A stretch of 63,153 nt of DNA, filler included, from Hyphochytrium catenoides (lineage: Eukaryota; Protista; Hyphochytriomycota): assembly GCA_900088475.1 (NCBI GenBank). It is 12 parts of 12 records of this genome, joined end to end, with 100 filler letters (N's around TTAATTAATTAA, not from the genome) between each part and the next. Parts side by side here need not be neighbours in the genome. Positions count along the whole stretch, not along the records: positions 1 to 9,638 come from FLMG01004629.1; positions 9,739 to 20,000 come from FLMG01004051.1; 10 more parts are not named here. The stretch is one strand, 5' to 3'. Numbering within the stretch: position 1 is the stretch's first letter; each line of letters opens with the position of its first letter. The position numbers and the translations under genes are program-made. Below the pieces are notes generated by a model that was not told the origin of the DNA, did no database searches, and saw only the letters and a program-made list of their open reading frames with translations. Positions 1 through 10,469 of the stretch are shown here, piece after piece.

Positions 1-870
1 AGTCGAGGTCCATCAAATGCCTCAATAAAATGATGCTTTAACTCAGGTAAGCTATGTACAACTGCCTAAGGATGATAGAGATGGGAATAGTAACTGCGAG
101 GGAATCCTTTGGGAGAAAGAAAAAGTAACGAAAGAGAGAGAGACGAGCCAGCGAGAGAAGAGAGTGGAATTTTCTAAATAGTGTCATAAGATAGAAGATA
201 CATCAGAAAACCTTCTGCGTGAATAGAGAGAGAAGGGAAGAGCTCTCCTAGTTCCTGGCACAGACAAGGAACGGCACTTGAGACATTCAGCTCCGTTGCA
301 AACACGAGACATTGACGGACTCGTCTCTGTCTCTCTGTCTCTCTCCGCCTGATCCTCTGGCCCCAAAGCGCGCTGCTGCCAGTTCCTATCTATGCAGAGG
401 TAACTGCTGTTGCAATTGGCTGGTCGCCCCTCTCTCTGGTTGCGACTGGGACGGTACGGGCCTTGACAGCGCTCTGTCTATCACTGAAGAGAGAGAGAGA
501 ATGTCACATGACTCCACACGGAAGGGAGAAGGTGCCTCTAGCGCCGCCCGCAAGCTGATGGTAGAGAAAGTGTCCGCCTGAGGCGGAGGGTGGGCTGCCC
601 GGAGACTCATGTCTCGGTCAAAAGAAAGGAACGAAGTGGATGAAGCGCTTGGCAGATCTGTTGTCTCTCCTTATAAAGAGCTGGGGCAGCGTGCAGTCTG
701 ATTCCAGCAGAGTCTTTGGACAGGGCAACACTCCGCTGTATTCTTGGAGATGGGAGAGAGAGAGCGTGCGGTGGAGATTGCGATGTGCTAGCGCGGCGCA
801 CGTGGGTCTTGCTGGACTGGCGGGGTTTCTAGGAAGGTTATAGCTCCACTCTCGTGCTTGTCTGTTCCTT

Positions 871-991
871 TCTATCTCTATTCCCTCTCTCTCTCTGAAG
901 TCCTCCACTCTCTGTCTCTCTGCTCCTCTTCGTCTGTCTCTGTCTCTAACTCTTTCTCTCTCTCTCTCTTTCTCTCTCTCTTTCCTCCCTT

Positions 992-1042
<51 letters not shown>

Positions 1043-1313
1043 GTCTCTCTGTCTCTCTCTCTCTCTCCTTTAGGCCCATCATCATCTCATCTTCCCCCCG
1101 TTTCCTGTCACCCATCACCCATCACCCCACTACGATAACCATGATACCCGCTTAGGTTAGTCCATGTCAAGTTCGATGAGATTAAAAGGGAAGGTTGCAA
1201 GTGAACTGAAAGGGACGGAAATATGGGTAACAGTGTTATCCTAACGTTACCGGCTTTAAAGGATGCGAATCCTCTTCTCAAAGAATGAAGTACTGCTTCT
1301 GATCTCTCTCATC

Positions 1314-1360
<47 letters not shown>

Positions 1361-1430
1361 CAGAGGGAGCAAGAGCAGAAAGAGCAAGAGGGGAGAAAGA
1401 GAGAGAGAGAGAGGGACAGATCGAGAGACA
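871..1430. repeat. (CT)n tract 871-1067 and (AG)n tract 1316-1430, representative of pervasive purine/pyrimidine microsatellites
   Basis: Directly visible. Similar tracts occur at 6950-7130, 20610-20860, 22055-22260, 27760-27880, 36670-36722, 40320-40700, 41480-41640, 49870-50040 and 55530-55770. Confidence 0.95.
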
Positions 1431-1576
1431 CGAGTGACCGAGTTGCTTCTCAGCTATTCTGGCAGGCGTGTGATCTCGACCGACATTGGGAAGAGAAAGC
1501 ACAGAGATCACGACTCTCTATCTCTCTCTTACGGTGAGAGCTTGGACCTGATTGACAGAGCAAGCCAAGGACGAGG

Positions 1577-3999
1577 ATGAGTCTCCATCAACTGGCAAGA
1601 GAAGGTTCGGAAACGTCTGAGGCTAACACTTTCTTCCCGCACCGTCACGACCTTAACGATCCCGCGGTGGCTCTTCGCCATGGTTCTCTAAGTCTACAGT
1701 CCTTAGGTCTCTCTCTCGTTCCGGCCTCTCTCCCTGTTCCTCTCCTAGGCAGGACTCCCTGGATCAACCAGATCTCTTTATCTCCCACTCTCTCCTTTCG
1801 CCGCTTCCTCTATTCTAAAAAGCCCCTCTGTCCGGTCTCTCTCTCTCTCTCTGTCTCTGTCTCTGTCTCTCTCCTTTCTCTTTCTCTGTCTCCAGGTAAC
1901 GTTGAGTCTATCAGGGCCCTGGTAGAGGCGGGGGCAGATCCTCTTCAAGTGGATGAGGATAAAAGGACTGCGCTGCACTGGGGCGCGGCGTCTGGCCACC
2001 TGGAGGTCGTGGATTATTTTCTCTCTTTACCAGGAGGAGAGAAGATCCTGAACAAGAGGGACGAAGGAGGATGGACGCCGCTGATGAGCGCAACCTCCGC
2101 AGGTACGGCCAAGCCTTCCACTCCTCCTGACTCTTGCCTCTCATTGCTCTCTTGAGCACCTTTTCCGTTTCCTTAGGAGTTTGCCGCCGCTAACTTGGTT
2201 ACTCCTTTCTTTCCATTGTACAGGGAAGTCCAAGGTGGTCCATTACCTTCTGGGCAGGTAACTAGAAGGGAGGAGAGAGAGAGAGAGAGAGAGAGACACT
2301 AGACAGAGTGACTTTTATTGGGATAGAGGAAGCAGCGGGTGAAAGGAGAGACTGAGAGATAAAGAGAAAGATCTGGTTGATCCAGGGAGTCCTGCCTAGG
2401 AGAGGAACTGGGAGAGAGGCCGGAACGAGAGAGAGACCATGACAGGAGCTTCTCTTCTCCGTCTTCTCCGTGGCAGAGGTGCGGACCCAAACATTCAAAA
2501 TGAGAATGGATGTATTGCTCTGCACTATCACAAGGGTAAGGCAGATGAGAAGAGCTGGTTCTCCGACTTGGTGAGAGTTATAATGCCAATGAGGGACATA
2601 GACAGACGAGAGCACCCAAGAAGGCAAAAGAGAGAGACAGAGAGTGCAGGCAGAGAGGGAGAGAGGAAGAGACAAAGAGAGACCAGAGGAATGAGGAGAG
2701 AAAGAAAAAGAGAGAGAGGAAGAGAGGAAAAGAGAGAGGCAGTAAGAAAGAGAGCGCGATTTGGCCCCCGTCTCAGCACCTCTTGCAAAAGCGGCAGCAT
2801 CATACCTTTTGCGTCCTCCACCGACAAGTTCTTTATGGGATGTTCGGCGGCTTCAAGTGCCTACTATGCTCTCCACACATTTCCCTCTCTCTCTCGCTTT
2901 CTCTCTCCCTTTCGGTTCGCCTCTCCCGTGCTTTCTTACAGCGCCACTCTGTGATGTTCTTATCCATGATGGCAGGGGATCTGGAGATTGTGACTTATCT
3001 ACTAGAAAAGACAATCAACCTAAATGTCCAGGTGTGCTGACCTTCATCTATCTCTCTGCTCTATGGCTCCTGCTACCCATTCTCTCGTCTTTCCTCTGAC
3101 CTTCCCCCTCTCCCATGTTTTGACCGTCTTACCATGGCCCCAACCTCTCACTTCTGCTAATAGCCCGCGCCAAAATCTGCTTACATTCTGAATAGGATGA
3201 AAATGGATCGACACCTCTTGCAAAGACTGTTGGCCGGCCAAAGGCCTCCTTAGGTAACGCCGTACCTTCCCGCCAGGGCTGACGTGGGAGCAGGACGAGA
3301 GAAGCGTCATAGGAAAGGGAGAGAACAGACGAATCATTAGAAGGTAGAAGTAGGGGGAGGCGTCAAGAGAGTGGTGGGTATGGCGGAAGGAGAGAGAGAG
3401 AAGATCGGTCCATGCGGCCCGTACCTCTTTTGTTGATGGGCTCAGGCTAACGCTATCATCGCAGAGATCGTGAAGTTGCTGATCGCAGCGGGTGCAACTG
3501 TCAACACAGCAGACGTTAACGGTGCGCTTCCGTTCTACCGCAGCCTGTCTCTCCTCGTTTGCTCTCTCTCTCTCTTCTTCTTTCCACTCGCTCTCCATTG
3601 ATCATCCTACACCTCTCTCTCATCCCTCCTGCCTGCTACTCTCTTTCAAGGCGCCCCTACCTCCAGCGCCGTCTCGTCCTCTTTGTTCGCCTCATGTACT
3701 GACATGCACGCCTTGATCTTCCTGCGTTCGTTTGTTTAGGGAATACGCCGCTCCATCTGGCAGGTATGCCTTTGATCAGGCAAAAATGAGAGACTAACGA
3801 TATCCAGACTGAGACAGACTAAAACTCTCTACTATCTTCCCCAACCGCAGCGTTTGAGGGCCATGATGAAGTTGCCTCTGTCTTGATCGAGCAAGGCGCA
3901 TCGAAGCGGGTGAAGAACAAGGAAGGCTTGACGCCCCCAGAGGTAGCAGGAAGGCAGATGAGAGACAGCAGCGCCCCTAGAGGAGGGTACATCTTCTGA
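1577..3999 (+). CDS. PSMD10: Ankyrin-repeat protein, gankyrin/PSMD10 (Nas6)-like, 9 exons
   Basis: GT-AG exons 1577-1604, 1896-2102, 2224-2257, 2477-2535, 2976-3031, 3196-3253, 3465-3521, 3740-3763 and 3851-3999 splice in phase. They give tandem ankyrin repeats (RTALHWGAASGH, GWTPLMSATSAG, NGCIALHY, GNTPLHLAAFEGH, NKEGLTP) matching gankyrin's layout. Confidence 0.8.
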
Positions 4000-4423
4000 A
4001 AGGTCGCAACTTTAGCATTTTCTACTTCAAAAGACGAGGGAAACGAAAGGGTTCTACTGGACTTTGTCATCAAGACGCCTATCTAGACCTCTTGAGCTCT
4101 TCTCTTCGGCCACTTCTCTCTGTCGACCTGGCGCCATATCTGACATAGATGTAGTTCTAAATGTGACTGGTTCGCGCGATGATGTTAGCATCTCCTCCGC
4201 TGGCCACAGGGTCGCCACCAGGAGAATGTGAAAAGATAGACCTGAAGAGGGGAGAGCGAGAAATGGGATAGAAGATGAGGACAGAGAAAAGAGAGAGGAC
4301 AGAGAAAAGAGAGGGGACAGAAAAAAGAGAGACCGGACTCGAGGCGACTGGGTGGAAGGAGAGTCTATTGGTAACTTTTATATGGTACAACCGGTCCCTC
4401 TTCTGAGAAGAGGGAACCAACCG

Positions 4424-6837
4424 TCAGCAATCCTCTCCCATCGATTTCCTTTCTTTTCTCATAGTATCCTGATTCTCTACAAGGTCAGATACAATCAGGG
4501 AAGAAAGAGATAGTCTCTCTATTTCCCTTCGCCGCTGGCTTAACGACAGGCGCCTTTCATGCACCGCCGTCCGCTCAGTTTGTCTAGAAGATACTGTCCG
4601 TTGAAGTGTGCTCTCACCTATAAGCCTTTCTAACTTTTTGGCCTCATAAGAAGAAAGGTACTGTCTAACTCTAGCAATGAAGGTCACTCTGTCTACCTGG
4701 TCCTGGCAGAGCTGGAACAGCTCTCGCCCTGCCGACCTCATCCGGGGTGACTTGCCACCAAGAAGCAGAGGTATGCTGAGAATGACCTATGAGAGTCGAG
4801 GTAATGACGAAAGGCACATGAGCAAGATATTTAAGGGCAACTGCGGGTTAGCACCGTTCTCTCCTGCCTTGAAGCGCTTCTCATCCTTTCCAAGTACCGT
4901 CCCCGACTTCTACTTGCTCTCTCTTGTCCTAGTGAAGCTACTTTTCCTCTCTTCTCCCCCTGTGCACCTCGCTTCCACATCTGACTTACCATCTCTACAA
5001 TCTCCTCCGTCATTGGGCCCATCGTCCTAATGCTCTTTACATAGTACTCTGACGCGATGGCAGACAGAGTGGCGTTCTTATGTCCCACGAAGCCTAAGAT
5101 AGATCGCGAAAACAACGTTGTATTTACTGATAAGAGGCCTTGGTCCAAAACTGGAGTTGCAGCCTCTCGAAGAAAGCGAAGCTCACAAGAGGCCCGCGTG
5201 AGGACGACATCAAACAGAGTATGAAGGTGGGGTTCCTGACAAACAAAGGCGTGGTCAGCCAGGAGGAGAGCCATAGCTAGAACACAAGGTTACTAAGCAG
5301 TGAGATCCACTAGGAGATGGCAGCGTACGCTCTCACAGACAGCCATCACGACAAGAAGCGACAGTAAACAGGGAGAAGAGCTTAAGATGCAGGTTACACT
5401 CTTAGTAGGACATTTCTAATAGAGATGGCCGCTTTCGGAGAAGCCAGCCCAACAGGAAAGATAGGGAAAGAACCAGACCTTCCAGTCTCGGTCCAAAGCA
5501 AGTGAACCTAAGGAACGAGGAAGGAGAGATTTCACACGTACCAGACGAGGACCTAGCCTCTCCATTGCTTCCTTCAGCGCCACCAGTGCACTCTTCGAGA
5601 CGGCAGAGCGTATGCTACTGCAGGCAGGGAGACAGAGATCGAGGATGTCCTCCACTCTGTCTGCCACAATATCGGTATGGTGGAGCACTAGGCATCTGTA
5701 TAGTTCTATGGCTTCAAACTCATCGGCCCAATCTAAGTCATCTTCATCTCCTTCTCCAGCCTCCTTTTTTGAAGTCTTTCCCACCCTCAGCCGTTGGACT
5801 ATAGCAGAAGCCTGAAGCAGTGCCAGCTCGGGATGTGGAAGGGGAGCAAGCTCTTCGGACGTGCGGAAAGTTCCTTGTCCTCGTTGTGCTGCACATGCCG
5901 AGCATCTGGAGTGCGCTTTAGGACGTGTGGAGGGCCCAGAAGAGCGATGGCAATCAGAGTGTGTCAGAACCTCAGCTCCACTTGAGGGCTGTCTATCTCT
6001 CCCTTTCTCCAGCTGCAGGCCATTCAGAGACGAAGAAGATAGTGAGGGAAGAGGCGGAGGGACAGTACTAGAGATTTGATGAGAAAGAGACTGAGCTAGA
6101 GACTTTATCGGATGCTCTAGATCTGCAAGATCCTCCTCTCTCTGCTGAGGTGTCAGAGAAGAAGGAGGAGGAGGAGGAGGAGCGAGAAGGGAGATAGTGT
6201 CAATGCAGAGCTCTTTCTCATCTGGTTGACGGATAGATGGAGTTGGAGGCAGAGGACACAAAGAGGTCTCCGACACTGCTGCTTCTTTTGCAAGCTTCTC
6301 CCTGTCATCCATACTTCCAACAGGGTCCGCGATGGCGGGCCACTGCCCCTTCTTCTCCAATGCAGCTTTGCTATCAGTGACGCAGGAGCTCAGAGAAGGC
6401 GATGACGAAGGCATGACACTCATCAGTACTCCGTCTTGGGCACTCTCTGTCTCGCAAAGGTCAACTGCTTCTTCTGCAGCCACCATTAGAGGCTTCAACG
6501 GGAGACGATGGATGATAGGGCCAGGATTGCACCGGGACTCACAGGAAAGAGAGAGAGAGACAGTGATGGGAGCACCTAGCAGCAGGTCAACTTTTCGAGA
6601 TGCCTCTCCCTCCTGCCTGCCCTCAGTCAGTGCGCCCCCTTCACGAAGTTAACTTGGTTACTGAGCCACCTGCTCTCCACGGTCATACCATCTCTCTCAC
6701 TGATCCAACGGCAAAGTGCGCCCTCTCTCTCTCTCTCTCTTCCCTTCCAGACCTGTAGGTGACTGTCTCTTTGTCTGTTGTGCTAAGGGAGATTGCAGGC
6801 TTTGTGGGTGAGAACAGTCAACCGCTAGCGCCACCAT
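4424..6837 (-). CDS. TOG/CLASP N-terminal (HEAT/ARM) domain protein with low-complexity N-terminus
   Basis: Exons ~6475-5542, 5235-4990 and 4786-~4424 splice in phase: DWADEFEAIELYRCLVLHH..IRSAVSKSALVAL..RLGPRL|EPHLHTLFDVVLTRASCELRFLREAA..HKN, typical of CLASP_N/TOGARAM. The first exon (ATG 6837) and the 3' end (possibly to ~4157) are uncertain. Confidence 0.7.
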
Positions 6838-7072
6838 GAGCGGTTCCTGCTGTTGACAGTCATTGAGATGATTCCTAGAGAGATGAATGATCAGATGAGC
6901 AGAAGGCAATGGAAAGAGACAACGTTGAGACGGAGGGAGACAAAGAGAAAGAGACCGAGAAAGAGAGAAAGAGAGAGAGAGAGAGAGAGCGAGAGCGAGA
7001 GAGAGCGAGAGAGAGCGAGAGAGAGCGAAAGAGAGCGAGAGAGCGAGAGCGAGAGCGAGAGCGAGAGCGAGC

Positions 7073-7108
<36 letters not shown>

Positions 7109-7427
7109 GAGAGAAAAGAGTTTTGAGTCAGAGCAAAGAGAAAGAGGGAGAGAGATGAATGTGGAGTTTTATTGACCGACAAGGCTAATACGTAAAAGCC
7201 CTTTATTTTGTTCGGTCCCCATATCTCGCCCTGAGGCTTCCATAATTATAACCCGGATCGTTTTGCCAAGAGACGGTTATTGAGAGGTTTTAAAGGGCTC
7301 TTTCACACGGAAAGAGTTACCCCAGTAGTAGTCTCCAGTTATTTGTCATTTAGTTATCATTCGTTGGGCCATCCTCCTGTCCTTCCTGCCAAGCAGCAGA
7401 CAATAATGCGATGATGATGATGATTCT

Positions 7428-7722
7428 TACCTTCTAACTCATCTTAGCGTGTCCCTCTACTTACTAGAAGAAGAATACTCCTCCTGGCAGCGGAAGAGGT
7501 GAACGACCACATGCCGACCGAGCCCTGCGTAGTACTTATTATGAGGAGGACTAGTATGAGTCTGCCTAGACGACAGACGACAGAGTACCTTCTAACTCAT
7601 CATCTAGCGTGTCCCCCTACTAGAAGAAGAATACCTCCTGGCAGCCGAAGAGGTGAACAACCACATGCCGAGCCGCCCTGCGTAGTACTTATTGTGAGGA
7701 GGACTAGTAGTATGGGTCTGCC
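7428..7722. repeat. Imperfect direct duplication, two copies of ~140 bp
   Basis: cttctaactcatc..gcgtgtccc..ctagaagaagaatac..tcctggcagc.gaagaggtgaac.accacatgccga..ccctgcgtagtacttatt.tgaggaggactagta occurs at ~7430 and ~7588. Confidence 0.9.
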
Positions 7723-9638
7723 TGCTGGACACAGATAGTGGTCTCTATAAAGAAGGGCCAGCCAGCCAGGGACTAGCTAACTTTGAAGGATAATAGATGA
7801 TAATAATAACCTCCAAGAAGGATATCTTGACGTTACTTCTTCTGCCTGTTGGTCCAACAACTAATAAAAGGATGGAAAGGGAGGAGCTGCAGCAGGCCTC
7901 ATCACCAGGTATATATTGCACAATAATTACTCCTCCTGATGATCAAGTCAAATACTAGGAATATATTGTTGTTTGGTGTTGGCTGTTGTCAAGAAGTGGG
8001 CGACCTAGTAGGAGCAGCAAGCTAACCGCAGCCAGATAGAGAAGAATCCTCGTCGACAGAAGCAGTAAATTGAAGAAGCAAGGACTGGCAACGTTCAAGA
8101 GTATGTGGTAAGGGCTCCGTCTATCCGGTTCTGGCTATTCCTCCTTTTTTACGCTAGTTCCTAATGTTGACGACTTATTTATCGACTGCCCTACTATGAT
8201 AGTAAACAATCTTCCGGTAGTCACCCATAATAGATAATCATGGTCGTACGGTTACTCTCTCTCTACTGTTATAATGTCGTCCTTGACACGCAGCAATGCT
8301 CCGATGTCTTCTTGATGCTTGGCTGGTACGGTGGTGAGAGAGCTCTTTGTTGCCTTCTTCTCTTTGTATTCGAGCTCCTTCCTCCTCGTCGGTGGTCTAC
8401 CTCCGAATCTTCTTCTTCGTCCGTTCTGTTTGGCAGCAGAAGCCTCCAGCTAGTACCAGCAGCAGCTGGGCGACAACGCCGCTATGATGACGACGCTCTC
8501 ACCCTTTCTCCCAGAAGGATTGCTTTTTTTGCCTGCCGCGGCGGCGATTCACAGCTGGTTAAGTCATGGAGGAGGGAGAAACAACAAGTAGACAAAGTGA
8601 TGATGGTGGTGGTGCTTAGGGGAAGGATGAGCTGAATGAAGAAGAAACTGGACGGTGGGCTAAAGGAGAAGAGGAAGTTGGTAGTGCTGGTGCTAGTGAG
8701 ATGTCACGCCACGAGCATATACTATCCCGCGGCAAGGCGCGCGGCGGGTCGAGGAGCGAACAGTTATTGTCAGGAGATTGATTAGGAGAAGAGAACAAAC
8801 CGAACCTAGCGAGACCTTCCTCTACAGGGATCATTAGCGCCGAACGATGGAACGATATCCTCCACCACGCCCGCCGCCGCCGCCCAGCAGCAGCATCGCA
8901 GCATTAAGGAGAGAAATCCTGTTGCCACCATCATCGTCCTCCTCGCTTAATTTTTGTTGTGCACGCAAACACGAAGAAATAACAGCAAGAAGCAAGCAAG
9001 GAAAGAAGAGCGGTCAAAAAAGAAATGGGAGAAGAAGAAGACATCAGCAGGATGATGAAGATAATAGTAGCAACAAACTATCATCATTTATGAGACAGCA
9101 GCAGCGAGCACCACTGCCGCGCCGCTGCCGCGCACCAACAGCAGATAGTAGTTGATAGATAATAATAACAAGATGAGGAGGGTCCATGCTCGTTCATCAT
9201 TATCTATACACATCATCATCATTCCGCAGCCTTAGGATCAAGTCATCTCTTCATCTAAAGCTCTATCATTCAGCGCGGCAGCAGCACGCCGTCGCTCTAC
9301 TACAATCTTCTTCATCATCTTTGGCTGTCGTCGCTGTCTTCGCCTTCTTCGTCTTCTACCTCCGGCCGCTCTGTCTTCCTCCTCCCGCCACACATCAGCA
9401 TCAAAGTAAAGGGCAAGAAAAGAGCCATCTTATCTTTTGGCCAGATGGTTGATGACGCGCGAGCACGTTCTTTGGCAGGAGTCCCCAGACATATTTAGGC
9501 GTTGTATTCCCTAATATGCTATGTAAATGTTCAGATTAGCCCCAAACTCTAGGCAAACCATGTAGTGATGGGTCGTGAGTCGTGAGTCCGATTTTCGTCG
9601 TGAGTCCGACTCGAGTCCAACTTCTCCAGCTCGGGTGT

Positions 9639-9738
9639 NNNNNNNNNNNNNNNNNNNNNNNNNNNNNNNNNNNNNNNNNNNNTTAATTAATTAANNNNNN
9701 NNNNNNNNNNNNNNNNNNNNNNNNNNNNNNNNNNNNNN
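9639..9738. other. Artificial contig spacer (N44-TTAATTAATTAA-N44)
   Basis: The identical 100-nt all-frame-stop linker recurs at 20001, 21786, 28428, 38780, 41379, 43073, 56059, 57438, 60075 and 61459. Plain N gaps lie at 40191-40234 and 54251-54388. Confidence 0.97.
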
Positions 9739-10469
9739 CCGGCCCACCCACCCTTGTTCTGTAAACAGATAGTGGAACTATGGAAGCCCGTCCATGGGAC
9801 CCTAGTCATGACTGTTTTCGACGTTAGACCTTTAATTTGGGTATTGGACTAGAACACCTATTTACACCTCATCAACGCTCCGTCCTCTTTTCGGGCATTT
9901 TTAGGATGGTTCTAGAACTAATTTGTTCTCTCTCGTGATGAAGGCGAAGACGAAAGGCGTTGGGGAAGCAATTTCGGCGCCTGTCTGTTGCTGTTGGTGG
10001 GTTGGTGGGTTGGTACAGAAGTAGTGCTATGGCGTGACAGGTGCGGGCCAGCCGCCGCTGCTGCTGCTGCTGCTGCTGCTGCTCACCACCAGCCCTCCTC
10101 CCATCGTCCGCAGCAGCATCTCCGCCTGCCTGAGTCCGTTACAGGCCTGCTAACTCTTTTCAACGCTCACTTCTGCTTCTTCTTCTATCTCTTCTAACAG
10201 AGTTAGTTCAGTCCTCATCACCTGACCAGCTGAGGATTGGTGCGGAGGCGCGCGGGGAAGCGGGGCCGCCGCCTGTTGTGGCGCTCCCTCCTGCCTGCTG
10301 CTTGTGGCCACTGCCGCTTCCCACTTCTCTGCTAGCTGCACTCAGGGTGTTCCTCTTCCTTCCTGATGATGCTCTACTTTCGTTCTGTCTTGGTGATGTC
10401 CTGCCGGGCGTGGAGTCCCTTTGTACCTTTAGGTCTTGCGGTCTAGCACCATACTGCTGAGCCACCAGC

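Noticed and set aside
618-1580. Numerous ORFs rich in SLSL/ERER across the window
   Set aside because: They are translations of (CT)n/(AG)n microsatellite in introns and intergenic DNA.
9683-9694. Recurrent TTAATTAATTAA motif (11 copies), resembling a regularly spaced repeat or CRISPR
   Set aside because: Always centred in 44+44 N; an artificial all-frame-stop contig linker.
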